Source: a virus
Lineage: Duplodnaviria; Caudoviricetes
Length of the DNA stretch: 26,018 bases
Virus record (IMG/VR): IMGVR_UViG_3300006024_000023
Coordinates: 1-26,018 of that record
Strand: one strand, 5' to 3'
The notes beneath the pieces are model-generated. The model saw only the letters and a list, made by a program, of their open reading frames with translations, did not search any database and was not told the origin of the DNA. Positions 1-6,468 of this stretch are shown piece after piece. The translations under genes were made by a program, and so were the position numbers. Position 1 is the stretch's first letter. Each line of letters opens with the position of its first letter.

Positions 1-69
1 CTTATTCATGATTTTATTCTCATGCCGTACATGGTTACGGATACTCTCTCTGTCTGTCCAATCAGTCAT
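1..69 (-). CDS. hypothetical protein, 5' part (runs off the left edge)
   Basis: Read by hand: the ATG at 69 overlaps the end of the 62..244 ORF, and the frame MTDWTDRESIRNHVRHENKIMNK stays open to base 1. Confidence 0.6.
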   Translation of the reverse strand, partial: MTDWTDRESIRNHVRHENKIMNK

Positions 70-244
70 AACCTTTCCTCCTTTTCCAATCAGAATACAT
101 TCTACCATACATCATACCTTCATGAGATTTGATGTCAGCACCACTGAGAAGTTCTTCTTCTCTTGTCGTTCTATCAACTGGCATGGTAGAATACTCTTGC
201 TGCCAGTTGTCTAGGTCTCTAAAGAACTGTTCTTTGTTCTTCAT
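62..244 (-). CDS. small phage hypothetical protein (60 aa)
   Basis: ORF track; ATGA start/stop coupling with the upstream ORF that ends at 241. Confidence 0.8.
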   Translation of the reverse strand: MKNKEQFFRDLDNWQQEYSTMPVDRTTREEELLSGADIKSHEGMMYGRMYSDWKRRKGYD

Positions 245-690
245 TTCCTCTTGCCAGTGTAATGGTATGCTTGATACTCACTCTGCTTGAGTTTGTATCG
301 TTTAATGTGATCTTCTATCCTATCAAGGTCATCGAACCATGCCTTGTTTAGTTGATCACTTCTCTCCTTACATGGTATGAATGCGTAAGGAAATCTAGGG
401 AGATGCGGGAACAACTCAAGTTTCCTTGAGTTCGTTACCTTTGGTGCGGTTTCCCTTACTCTCTTCTTCTGCGATGACTTTGAGGCGACCGTTGTAGTCG
501 TACCCTTCTTTGAGGAGTTCTTTGTTGATCGCTGCTGGATCCCAGAATTCAAGTTCTCCACGCTCTTTGAGAATGTAGAAACAGTCTTTGCGGAGTGCGT
601 TGATGAAGTCTTCCTCCTCCCAGTCGTTGAAGACTTTTTCGATGGGGTCTTTCTCGTCCCAGTTGATGTGGATGCCATTAGCGTCGTCAA
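241..690 (-). CDS. hypothetical protein with an S/T/K-rich N-terminus overprinted on 416..703 and a globular-looking C-terminal ~58 aa; start uncertain (ATG 690 or TTG 414)
   Basis: The C-terminal part (LFPHLPRFPYAF...HIKRYKLK) fills the gap 241-415 and its stop is coupled to the next ATG. An alternative TTG at 414 has AAGGA upstream. Confidence 0.6.
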   Translation of the reverse strand: MTTLMASTSTGTRKTPSKKSSTTGRRKTSSTHSAKTVSTFSKSVENLNSGIQQRSTKNSSKKGTTTTVASKSSQKKRVRETAPKVTNSRKLELFPHLPRFPYAFIPCKERSDQLNKAWFDDLDRIEDHIKRYKLKQSEYQAYHYTGKRK

Positions 691-703
691 TAAATTCGAT
701 CAT
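416..703 (-). CDS. acidic phage hypothetical protein (95 aa)
   Basis: ORF track; ATGA coupling at 700-703; protein-like composition (IHINWDEKDPIEKVFNDWEEEDF). Confidence 0.8.
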   Translation of the reverse strand: MIEFIDDANGIHINWDEKDPIEKVFNDWEEEDFINALRKDCFYILKERGELEFWDPAAINKELLKEGYDYNGRLKVIAEEESKGNRTKGNELKET

Positions 704-858
704 GAGTTTTCTTGGTCAATCTTACCTTGCTCCTTGATTTGTAGGAGTAGTTCTTCTGCTAGTGCGTGTTTCTGTTCATTACATGCAGTCATGTAATCAA
801 TGATTAACTTACGCATAGCATCACTGAGTTGATAATCAGTTGAGTTGTCCGAGTCCAT
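700..858 (-). CDS. small helical hypothetical protein (52 aa, not in ORF track)
   Basis: Translated by hand: MDSDNSTDYQLSDAMRKLIIDYMTACNEQKHALAEELLLQIKEQGKIDQENS*. It fills the gap and its TGA overlaps the ATG at 703. Confidence 0.7.
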   Translation of the reverse strand: MDSDNSTDYQLSDAMRKLIIDYMTACNEQKHALAEELLLQIKEQGKIDQENS

Positions 859-1042
859 AGTCACTGAATAAGGTTTCTTCTGTGTCTAATTGGTTAGGAT
901 CTAACCACTCAAAGAATTCATCAGCAAAACATAGTGCATCATCAACTCTCTCTTCTGACATCAATTGCTTGAAGCGTTCTGTCACCCATACGTAGATGTC
1001 ATCACGTTGTTGTGAGATCCTTAGTGTGTCTTCGTTGTTCAT
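836..1042 (-). CDS. phage hypothetical protein (68 aa)
   Basis: ORF track; ATGA coupling with the stop at 1039. Confidence 0.8.
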   Translation of the reverse strand: MNNEDTLRISQQRDDIYVWVTERFKQLMSEERVDDALCFADEFFEWLDPNQLDTEETLFSDYGLGQLN

Positions 1043-1287
1043 AGTTTTTCAGCGAATAGAATGTTGGTGAGGTGGTCATACTGGATGAATTGTACATCCT
1101 TTGGTAGTAGAGATGCAGCAGCAGCGGCGAAGTCATTTGGAAACTTCTTAAACATTCGCCTATACTTCTGTTCTCCTTCATAATCTAGATCTTCACGTGG
1201 CAGTATGCGAATTTCAAACTGTCCACGAGAGTATCTATTAGGGTACGGATTGATGTACTCTTTGATGTGTTCTTGAAGCATGTTCAT
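1039..1287 (-). CDS. phage hypothetical protein (82 aa)
   Basis: ORF track; ATGA coupling at both ends. Confidence 0.8.
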   Translation of the reverse strand: MNMLQEHIKEYINPYPNRYSRGQFEIRILPREDLDYEGEQKYRRMFKKFPNDFAAAAASLLPKDVQFIQYDHLTNILFAEKL

Positions 1288-1514
1288 TTTGAGAATACCT
1301 CACTAGTGTGTTCTACTTGAAGTGATTTGATGTCTAGTAGCATCTTACACATATGTGCAACATACTCTACATCCTCTTCACATGGTTCAAAATCATAAGC
1401 ACTGTCCCAATCGACAGTGTTATCTTGAAAAACTGGAGCACCGAACATATAACCTTCATCATCCATTGCATATGCGTTGCCATCAGCAACGATATAGAAA
1501 CTAGGAACAGTCAT
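1284..1514 (-). CDS. acidic phage hypothetical protein (76 aa, start revised to ATG 1514)
   Basis: The track's TTG start at 1568 is the -35 box of a promoter. The first ATG downstream of that promoter gives MTVPSFYIVADGNAYAMDDEG... Confidence 0.75.
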   Translation of the reverse strand: MTVPSFYIVADGNAYAMDDEGYMFGAPVFQDNTVDWDSAYDFEPCEEDVEYVAHMCKMLLDIKSLQVEHTSEVFSK

Positions 1515-1539
1515 GGGAGTGAGAGAAGCAAGTGAATAA

Positions 1540-1568
1540 AGTATACTATGTATTAGAGCGTTTGTCAA
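1540..1568 (-). promoter_or_regulatory. sigma70-type promoter TTGACA-N17-TATACT
   Basis: -35 TTGACA at 1568-1563, a 17-nt spacer, -10 TATACT at 1545-1540, 25 nt upstream of ATG 1514. Confidence 0.8.
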
Positions 1569-1966
1569 CGCATGTAGAGATATCCCCCCGCCCAGTCAGC
1601 ATTTGCTAGTAAATATTCACGATCTTTGATAAGTCTGAGATCATAGCGTACATGCTTTGCTGGAGACTTCCAACTTGCTGGTTTGTACACTTGACCAGTC
1701 TTCTTATCAATGAATGCGTGAACACTACGCTGATTGTTAACCATCACGATCTTGTGATACTTGCGACCAGACTCTATAACGAAGTCGTAGTCGCATACAC
1801 CTGACTTAAGTTCATTAATTCTTTCAACGTGGTACTTACTGTTACCATCTTTAACAATTGATCTCTCATGATGTCTGATTGAATCATTGATGTAGTTCTG
1901 CTTGAGTGCATCACATAACCCTTGAGTGTGAGTGAGTATGTTTTCAGTGATTGTTGCAGTGGTCAT
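1565..1966 (-). CDS. conserved cyanomyovirus-type hypothetical protein (133 aa)
   Basis: ORF track. The motif GRKYHKI...SVHAFIDKKTGQVYKPASWKSPAKHVRY is one I recognise from T4-like marine phage proteins. It has its own promoter upstream. Confidence 0.85.
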   Translation of the reverse strand: MTTATITENILTHTQGLCDALKQNYINDSIRHHERSIVKDGNSKYHVERINELKSGVCDYDFVIESGRKYHKIVMVNNQRSVHAFIDKKTGQVYKPASWKSPAKHVRYDLRLIKDREYLLANADWAGGYLYMR

Positions 1967-1990
1967 GAGGTCTCTTGTGTTGATGAATTA

Positions 1991-2050
1991 AGTATAACGC
2001 GGAATGTGGTATGAAACAACCACTAGTGTACACTTATTCAAGTGGCACAC
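1991..2050 (-). promoter_or_regulatory. early-type promoter: palindrome + TTGTTT-N17-TATACT
   Basis: Minus strand reads GTGTGCCACTT-GAAT-AAGTGTACAC (2050-2026), 6 nt, TTGTTT (2019-2014), 17 nt, TATACT (1996-1991), then 24 nt to ATG 1966. Confidence 0.7.
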
Positions 2051-2059
2051 TCCGCACCT

Positions 2060-2200
2060 TTACCGCAGAAGATCCAATGCTTCACGTGACAATTGCTCTT
2101 GTGGCATATCGTCAGTTAAGAATGGAGTGTCACTCTGCCATTCTTGTTCTGCGTTGTCTAGATTCTGGAGTAACCAGCGATCTAACATTACTTCGTTCAT
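2060..2200 (-). CDS. small acidic hypothetical protein (46 aa, not in ORF track)
   Basis: Translated by hand: MNEVMLDRWLLQNLDNAEQEWQSDTPFLTDDMPQEQLSREALDLLR*. ATGA coupling with the stop at 2197. Confidence 0.7.
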   Translation of the reverse strand: MNEVMLDRWLLQNLDNAEQEWQSDTPFLTDDMPQEQLSREALDLLR

Positions 2201-2358
2201 AGTAAAAACCAATCAAGTTTGTTAATAGATTCGTCGCAGTGAGCACATGATAGTGCTGACCATGCAAAGTGATATACTCTGGATGGTTGATCACAACAAG
2301 GACACACAATGATCTTACCATTGGTTCCACTTCTTGTTGTTGAGGTGACTTGGTTCAT
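2197..2358 (-). CDS. small zinc-ribbon-like protein (53 aa, start revised to ATG 2358)
   Basis: MNQVTSTTRSGTNGKIIVCPCCDQPSRVYHFAWSALSCAHCDESINKLDWFLL has CxxC...CxxC. An AAGGAA ribosome site lies before ATG 2358, while the track start at 2391 falls within the promoter. Confidence 0.75.
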   Translation of the reverse strand: MNQVTSTTRSGTNGKIIVCPCCDQPSRVYHFAWSALSCAHCDESINKLDWFLL

Positions 2359-2382
2359 GGTGTGTTCCTTGACGACTTCATT

Positions 2383-2439
2383 AATATACATCAGTTTGAT
2401 GCAGTGTGGCGTGATGGTAGACAGTTTGATAACTGGTTG
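2383..2439 (-). promoter_or_regulatory. early-type promoter: palindrome + -10 TATATT
   Basis: Minus strand CAACCAGTT-ATCA-AACTGTCTAC (2439-2417), 28 nt, TATATT (2388-2383), 24 nt to ATG 2358. There is no good -35 box. Confidence 0.55.
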
Positions 2440-2561
2440 TAAAGTGTCCCATCATCCACAGATTTGTGGTAGAAAGATTTGGAGTCTGCTACCATCATCA
2501 TATCCATTATAAATCGGATCTGAGATGGTGTTAGATCAACTTGGGTAGTCTGTTCAATCAT
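2391..2561 (-). CDS. small hypothetical protein (56 aa, not in ORF track)
   Basis: Translated by hand: MIEQTTQVDLTPSQIRFIMDMMMVADSKSFYHKSVDDGTLYNQLSNCLPSRHTASN*. ATGA coupling to the methyltransferase stop. Confidence 0.65.
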   Translation of the reverse strand: MIEQTTQVDLTPSQIRFIMDMMMVADSKSFYHKSVDDGTLYNQLSNCLPSRHTASN

Positions 2562-3508
2562 AAGTGGTTCAAGATGCTTGTAGACGCTTGTAGAGGGGTC
2601 TCAGGAAGTGTATTAATTCTCTTTTGAATTAAATCACCATAATCCTCATGTAATTCACACCCAATATAATACCTATCGAGTGATTTTGCAACTGTTGCTG
2701 TTGTGCCACTGCCCATGAATGGATCAAGTACAATGTCACCCTTCTCACTACCAGCAAGGATACATGGTTTGATCAGTTCTTCAGGATACGTAGCAAAGTG
2801 TGCTCCCTTGTATGGTTTCTTGTTTACTGTCCAGACAGAGCGTTTATTGCGTTTTGTATATGATTTTGTAAGACCCGAATGCGGTTGGAGTCCTGTTCCT
2901 GGATTGTGGTACTTTCCTTTTGATCTGTCTCTTGTTCCCCAATCTTTTGCTGGTTCTTTGATTGCTTCATTGTCATAGTGGTAATACTTACTCTTACTCA
3001 AGAGAAAGATATACTCATGAGACTTTGTACATCTATCTCTTACACTCTCTGGCATAGGGTTTGGTTTATGCCATATAATATCTTGCCTTAGATACCATCC
3101 ATCCGCACGTAATGCGAATGCAAGCATCCATGGTATACCAATCAGATCCTTATCCTTATATCCTTGGAGTTTGTTGGATCTTCTTGGTGTAGTCTTAGGT
3201 AGGTCTTGTCTGTTGTTAGAGAATGTCTGCTTAGGTATGCACCCATCCTTTCTGTAATTATAGTATGAGTCACCAATGTTCAACCATAGTGTACCATCCT
3301 CCGTAAGTACATTGCGTACCTTACGGAAGACTTGTACCATCTCTTCAACATATTCTTCTGGTGATTGCTCTTGACCTATCTGGTCATCCTCACCACCATA
3401 GTCTCTTAGTCCGTAGTATGGTGGTGATGTGACGCACATCCTTGCACTCTCTGGTAAGAATGCATCAAGTGTATCACGACAGTCTCCAAATAGAATAGTG
3501 TCTTTCAT
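2558..3508 (-). CDS. DNA methyltransferase, N4-cytosine/N6-adenine family (beta-class motif order)
   Basis: Catalytic motif IV TSPPY lies N-terminal to the SAM-binding motif I DPFMGSGTT. Other family motifs are IIWHKPNPMPES, HEYIFLLSK and HFATYP. Confidence 0.93.
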   Translation of the reverse strand: MKDTILFGDCRDTLDAFLPESARMCVTSPPYYGLRDYGGEDDQIGQEQSPEEYVEEMVQVFRKVRNVLTEDGTLWLNIGDSYYNYRKDGCIPKQTFSNNRQDLPKTTPRRSNKLQGYKDKDLIGIPWMLAFALRADGWYLRQDIIWHKPNPMPESVRDRCTKSHEYIFLLSKSKYYHYDNEAIKEPAKDWGTRDRSKGKYHNPGTGLQPHSGLTKSYTKRNKRSVWTVNKKPYKGAHFATYPEELIKPCILAGSEKGDIVLDPFMGSGTTATVAKSLDRYYIGCELHEDYGDLIQKRINTLPETPLQASTSILNHL

Positions 3509-3525
3509 GCTCTAAAAATTGGTGA

Positions 3526-3614
3526 AGGAAAACAAAACTGAGGGTCAGTGCATTACCCCAACGGTCATGTGTCTGCTTCTAAGTCAGACTAGTCAGGAAC
3601 TCGTTTGTTTTCCT
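3526..3614 (-). ncRNA. candidate structured RNA (sRNA or 5' leader), 89 nt, family not recognised
   Basis: It has an 11-bp perfect closing stem AGGAAAACAAA/TTTGTTTTCCT and internal hairpins GTCTG-ACTTAGAAG-CAGAC and GGGT-AATGCACTG-ACCC. It starts 7 nt after a -10 box, in the largest intergenic gap of the window. Confidence 0.65.
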
Positions 3615-3617
3615 GAA

Positions 3618-3679
3618 AGTATAATGACATACTATTGAATATTTGTCAAGGGGTGTGTGACATTACGTAAACTGTCTAC
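3618..3679 (-). promoter_or_regulatory. early-type promoter: palindrome + TTGACA-N17-CATTAT (TGn-extended; overlapping TATACT)
   Basis: GTAGACAGTT-TACG-TAATGTCACA (3679-3656), 6 nt, TTGACA (3649-3644), 17 nt, CATTAT (3626-3621). Confidence 0.7.
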
Positions 3680-4220
3680 CAACACACCACCCAACAATAC
3701 TCTTTCTGATACCTTTAGTTACAGGTTTAACTCTATGACCTAGAGTTGATGGAAATACTATCAATGAACCCGCCTTTGGTTCTAATGCTATTCTATTCCA
3801 TTTCAATTCCATACCATACTGAGGTAAAACAAATTCTAACTCTCCTCCCTCATAATCATCATTCAATAATAATGAGAAGGATAGTTTACGATGGAATTGT
3901 CTCTTTTTATCACCAGCACGTATGTAATCAATATGCCATCCATAATGATCATTCACATGATAGTGTGCATACTGATAAGCGTTATTATGAAATTCATCAT
4001 TCAATTGATACTTGTACACATCATCATTGACAGATTGTACATGATCCCTACAGAATCTTCCAACCCAATCACGCTGATCACGAAAACATATATCAGTAGA
4101 GCGAATGTGTTTTTCTTTATCACCCCACACCCTACCTTTCTTAAATATTGAGGTATCATCAAGATACTCAATTATATTGGGTGGAAGTGTGATATCAATA
4201 GCAGTTGGGTCAACATACAT
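3663..4220 (-). CDS. 2OG-Fe(II) oxygenase (prolyl-4-hydroxylase/PKHD-like)
   Basis: HxD (WHID), RKLSFSLLLNDDYEGGELEF, and a distal His plus 2OG-binding Arg in FPSTLGHRVKPVTKGIRKSIVGW. Confidence 0.92.
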   Translation of the reverse strand: MYVDPTAIDITLPPNIIEYLDDTSIFKKGRVWGDKEKHIRSTDICFRDQRDWVGRFCRDHVQSVNDDVYKYQLNDEFHNNAYQYAHYHVNDHYGWHIDYIRAGDKKRQFHRKLSFSLLLNDDYEGGELEFVLPQYGMELKWNRIALEPKAGSLIVFPSTLGHRVKPVTKGIRKSIVGWCVGRQFT

Positions 4221-4378
4221 TAATCATTGAAGATAGGAATGATGTTAGTTTTTGCGTGTTCTGTTTTGTTTATGTGCTGCTCCCACTGAGCGGCATCGTC
4301 CAAATTGAAGAAGGTCGCTTGTTGGCGGGATGTGCCCTTCTTCTTCGTCTTTTTCATCCAAACGACAGCGTATTTCAT
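4220..4378 (-). CDS. small basic hypothetical protein (52 aa, not in ORF track), mostly nested in 4245..4580
   Basis: Translated by hand: MKYAVVWMKKTKKKGTSRQQATFFNLDDAAQWEQHINKTEHAKTNIIPIFND*. TAATG coupling to the oxygenase start. Confidence 0.65.
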   Translation of the reverse strand: MKYAVVWMKKTKKKGTSRQQATFFNLDDAAQWEQHINKTEHAKTNIIPIFND

Positions 4379-4580
4379 GCCAATAATTAGGGTATACTAG
4401 AATTGATGCGTAATGGCGTCCCCACCTAGAGTTTGCACTCTTGGGTAGAGGTTGATCAATGAAACATATTGTGAGATAAGCATCATCAATAAAAGAAATG
4501 TAACCTACAACGTCACGCCATGCGACTGGTTGTAGCATTTGAAAATCATTCTTCGTCAGTCGTGTCTGATTTGTCTTCAT
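4245..4580 (-). CDS. phage hypothetical protein (111 aa)
   Basis: ORF track. Beta-rich core VGYISFIDDAYLTICFID...ILVYPNYWHEI; the C-terminal tail overlaps the next gene. Confidence 0.7.
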   Translation of the reverse strand: MKTNQTRLTKNDFQMLQPVAWRDVVGYISFIDDAYLTICFIDQPLPKSANSRWGRHYASILVYPNYWHEIRCRLDEKDEEEGHIPPTSDLLQFGRCRSVGAAHKQNRTRKN

Positions 4581-4764
4581 CGAACAACTTGCGATTAGCG
4601 TTTGCTGGATTAGGTAGTCTGAACATTTGTTTCAGATCATTGAGATCATTCAGTTGTTGCTGCAGATTATCAATTTGTTTCTGCAGAATCTGAAAGTTGT
4701 GATCGTTGTTGTTTTGCAGCATCAAAAAGTTTTGTATTGCTGACTTGAAATCTTCCTCTTTCAT
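4546..4764 (-). CDS. coiled-coil hypothetical protein (72 aa)
   Basis: ORF track; heptad pattern FQILQKQIDNLQQQLNDLNDLKQMF. Confidence 0.75.
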   Translation of the reverse strand: MKEEDFKSAIQNFLMLQNNNDHNFQILQKQIDNLQQQLNDLNDLKQMFRLPNPANANRKLFDEDKSDTTDEE

Positions 4765-4915
4765 TTTCGTTGATCAGTGATAATTGGCGTTGGAGTTCAT
4801 ATTCTACCACACAAAGGTGTTGTTGTAAATGGTGTTCCCACTCATTATCTTTAATGAGTTGCGTGACGTTATTTATTTGTGCTAATGCACTAAGAAGTCT
4901 TGTTTTTTTGTTCAT
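4670..4915 (-). CDS. helical hypothetical protein (81 aa)
   Basis: ORF track; TAATG coupling at 4915; its 3' 95 nt overlap the next ORF. Confidence 0.7.
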   Translation of the reverse strand: MNKKTRLLSALAQINNVTQLIKDNEWEHHLQQHLCVVEYELQRQLSLINENERGRFQVSNTKLFDAAKQQRSQLSDSAETN

Positions 4916-5157
4916 TAGTACCTACTAGGAATACTTTGTTTCATTTGTAAGTAACCATGCATTAATGACCTAAGTTCATCAGCACGATCAGAGTTTACAT
5001 CATCGATGCAAGATAACATCTCCTCATATATTCCTCGTGACGAGATAGTTTCATCCTGAAGGTAATCTTCGATAGCGTCTTGCATACGGATCTTACGTTG
5101 TTTTGCATACTCTTGGTCGGGTACATAATTTGGATTAGTTAATACAGGTCTGTTCAT
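4915..5157 (-). CDS. phage hypothetical protein (80 aa)
   Basis: ORF track; start and stop coupled on both sides. Confidence 0.8.
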   Translation of the reverse strand: MNRPVLTNPNYVPDQEYAKQRKIRMQDAIEDYLQDETISSRGIYEEMLSCIDDVNSDRADELRSLMHGYLQMKQSIPSRY

Positions 5158-5342
5158 GAGAATTCCTCGCTACGACGAGTTTCTAGGTAAGCAAGGATTT
5201 CTTGACGCCACTCCATCAGTTCATGGTAACACTGCTGGTTGTGAGCACACCCACGTAACTTTGAGTCTGGTTTATGCACTGACTCAATAAAGAGACCAAG
5301 TGCATCACGACGTTTTTCTTCTTTAGTAGTGTTCCAATCCAT
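5154..5342 (-). CDS. phage hypothetical protein (62 aa)
   Basis: ORF track; starts 1 nt after the halogenase stop and has ATGA coupling downstream. Confidence 0.8.
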   Translation of the reverse strand: MDWNTTKEEKRRDALGLFIESVHKPDSKLRGCAHNQQCYHELMEWRQEILAYLETRRSEEFS

Positions 5343-5343
5343 T

Positions 5344-6468
5344 TTAGTTGTGTTGGTGGGTAGGGTTCATACCATCATGCCATGTTTTAAATGACATTAA
5401 TGGCCAAATGCCATACTCCTTTTTTGCGTGTTCTTTGGAGTTTAGCACGGGATAGTCTGTTCGTAAAGACTGCTCACTATAAATGCGGAAATCCACATCT
5501 GGTTCAAATGGTAGACTCTTGGCATACTGCCAGAATGGAGTATCATAAGCAGATCCGAACTGATAATGCCATAGAACAAATGTCTCAACTCGTTTCATGC
5601 ACCTGCCTACACTATGATCACACATGTATTTTGGTCTATCATTTACAATATGTTGCCATGCATGACAAGCAATATACTTATAGAATGTGCTTGACGTTGC
5701 TTCCAGTGGTTCTAAGAAACAAAATTTATTACCATTAAGTATAGTTCTATCTCCTTTCCACATACTCTTAGCAGCATAATTTCTGAATGTTAGATAATCA
5801 TCAGGAACTACATTAAAGATCTCATGCATATTAAATGTTGCTTCATCCTTAGATGTTATGTTATTATTGTAAAGATACCCATATGATACACTATCATGAT
5901 TTGGTATTACAAATGTCCAACCATCAGGTGTTGCAACACATCTAGTATGTGTTAGATCTGGATCTCTACCACCTTGCTTACATAATAGAACTGCATTCAA
6001 TGGATTGATGAGAGTATTATATTCATTATAATCATTACCAGACCTACCTCTACAATCAAAGATGTAGTCAGCATCAATCTCTGCTTCAGGATCTATTATA
6101 TTCTTCTCAATTACATTCACATACTGTGATTCTCTAACCTTTCTTGATAATTCATGTGTCTGGAAATGCATTGCAACATTATCCATGTAAAACTTATGAA
6201 AAAATTTCTCTTGCTTCTGTCCCCATTTCTCATATAATATACCAGTCTTGATTGTTGCACCAATATCATTATTCCACCAATCTATATTAAGACTAGCAGC
6301 TGCTAATGACAACACATCAGGAGTAGTACCTTGTCCAACTCTCTCCATTGGAGTGTCTGGATCGTAGTACATATCGATGTCAAACAAATTCTGACCGTAG
6401 TATCCAAAATTCAGTGCAGTTATGCATCCAGCATTACCAGCACCTACTATTGCTATTTTCTTCTTCAT
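5344..6468 (-). CDS. flavin-dependent halogenase-like protein (tryptophan halogenase PrnA family, short form)
   Basis: FAD-binding IAIVGAGNAG, VGQGTTP (cf. VGEATIP), ATIKTGILYEKW with the catalytic-Lys position, GWTFVIP (cf. WxWxIP), FLEPLEATS and HY...DTPFW. Confidence 0.88.
   Translation of the reverse strand: MKKKIAIVGAGNAGCITALNFGYYGQNLFDIDMYYDPDTPMERVGQGTTPDVLSLAAASLNIDWWNNDIGATIKTGILYEKWGQKQEKFFHKFYMDNVAMHFQTHELSRKVRESQYVNVIEKNIIDPEAEIDADYIFDCRGRSGNDYNEYNTLINPLNAVLLCKQGGRDPDLTHTRCVATPDGWTFVIPNHDSVSYGYLYNNNITSKDEATFNMHEIFNVVPDDYLTFRNYAAKSMWKGDRTILNGNKFCFLEPLEATSSTFYKYIACHAWQHIVNDRPKYMCDHSVGRCMKRVETFVLWHYQFGSAYDTPFWQYAKSLPFEPDVDFRIYSEQSLRTDYPVLNSKEHAKKEYGIWPLMSFKTWHDGMNPTHQHN

Noticed and set aside
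410-430. prfB-like +1 frameshift at AAGGAA-ACT-TGA joining the 95-aa ORF to the downstream domain
   Set aside because: The P-site codon ACT cannot re-pair well on CTT, unlike CTT-T in prfB. TTG re-initiation or the upstream ATG is simpler.
1515-1568. TTG start and N-terminal extension of the 1284 ORF
   Set aside because: The TTG is the -35 box of a consensus promoter, so ATG 1514 is preferred.
2130-2330. 66-aa minus-strand ORF in the track
   Set aside because: It straddles two better, translationally coupled ORFs (2197..2358 and 2060..2200).
3560-3600. Hammerhead ribozyme resemblance (CTGACTA followed by a hairpin)
   Set aside because: It lacks the CUGANGA and GAAA core nucleotides.
4870-4876. 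ATAAATA late-promoter-like box
   Set aside because: It lies inside a coding region more than 100 nt from the next start, within an early-type cluster, and is likely chance in AT-rich DNA.
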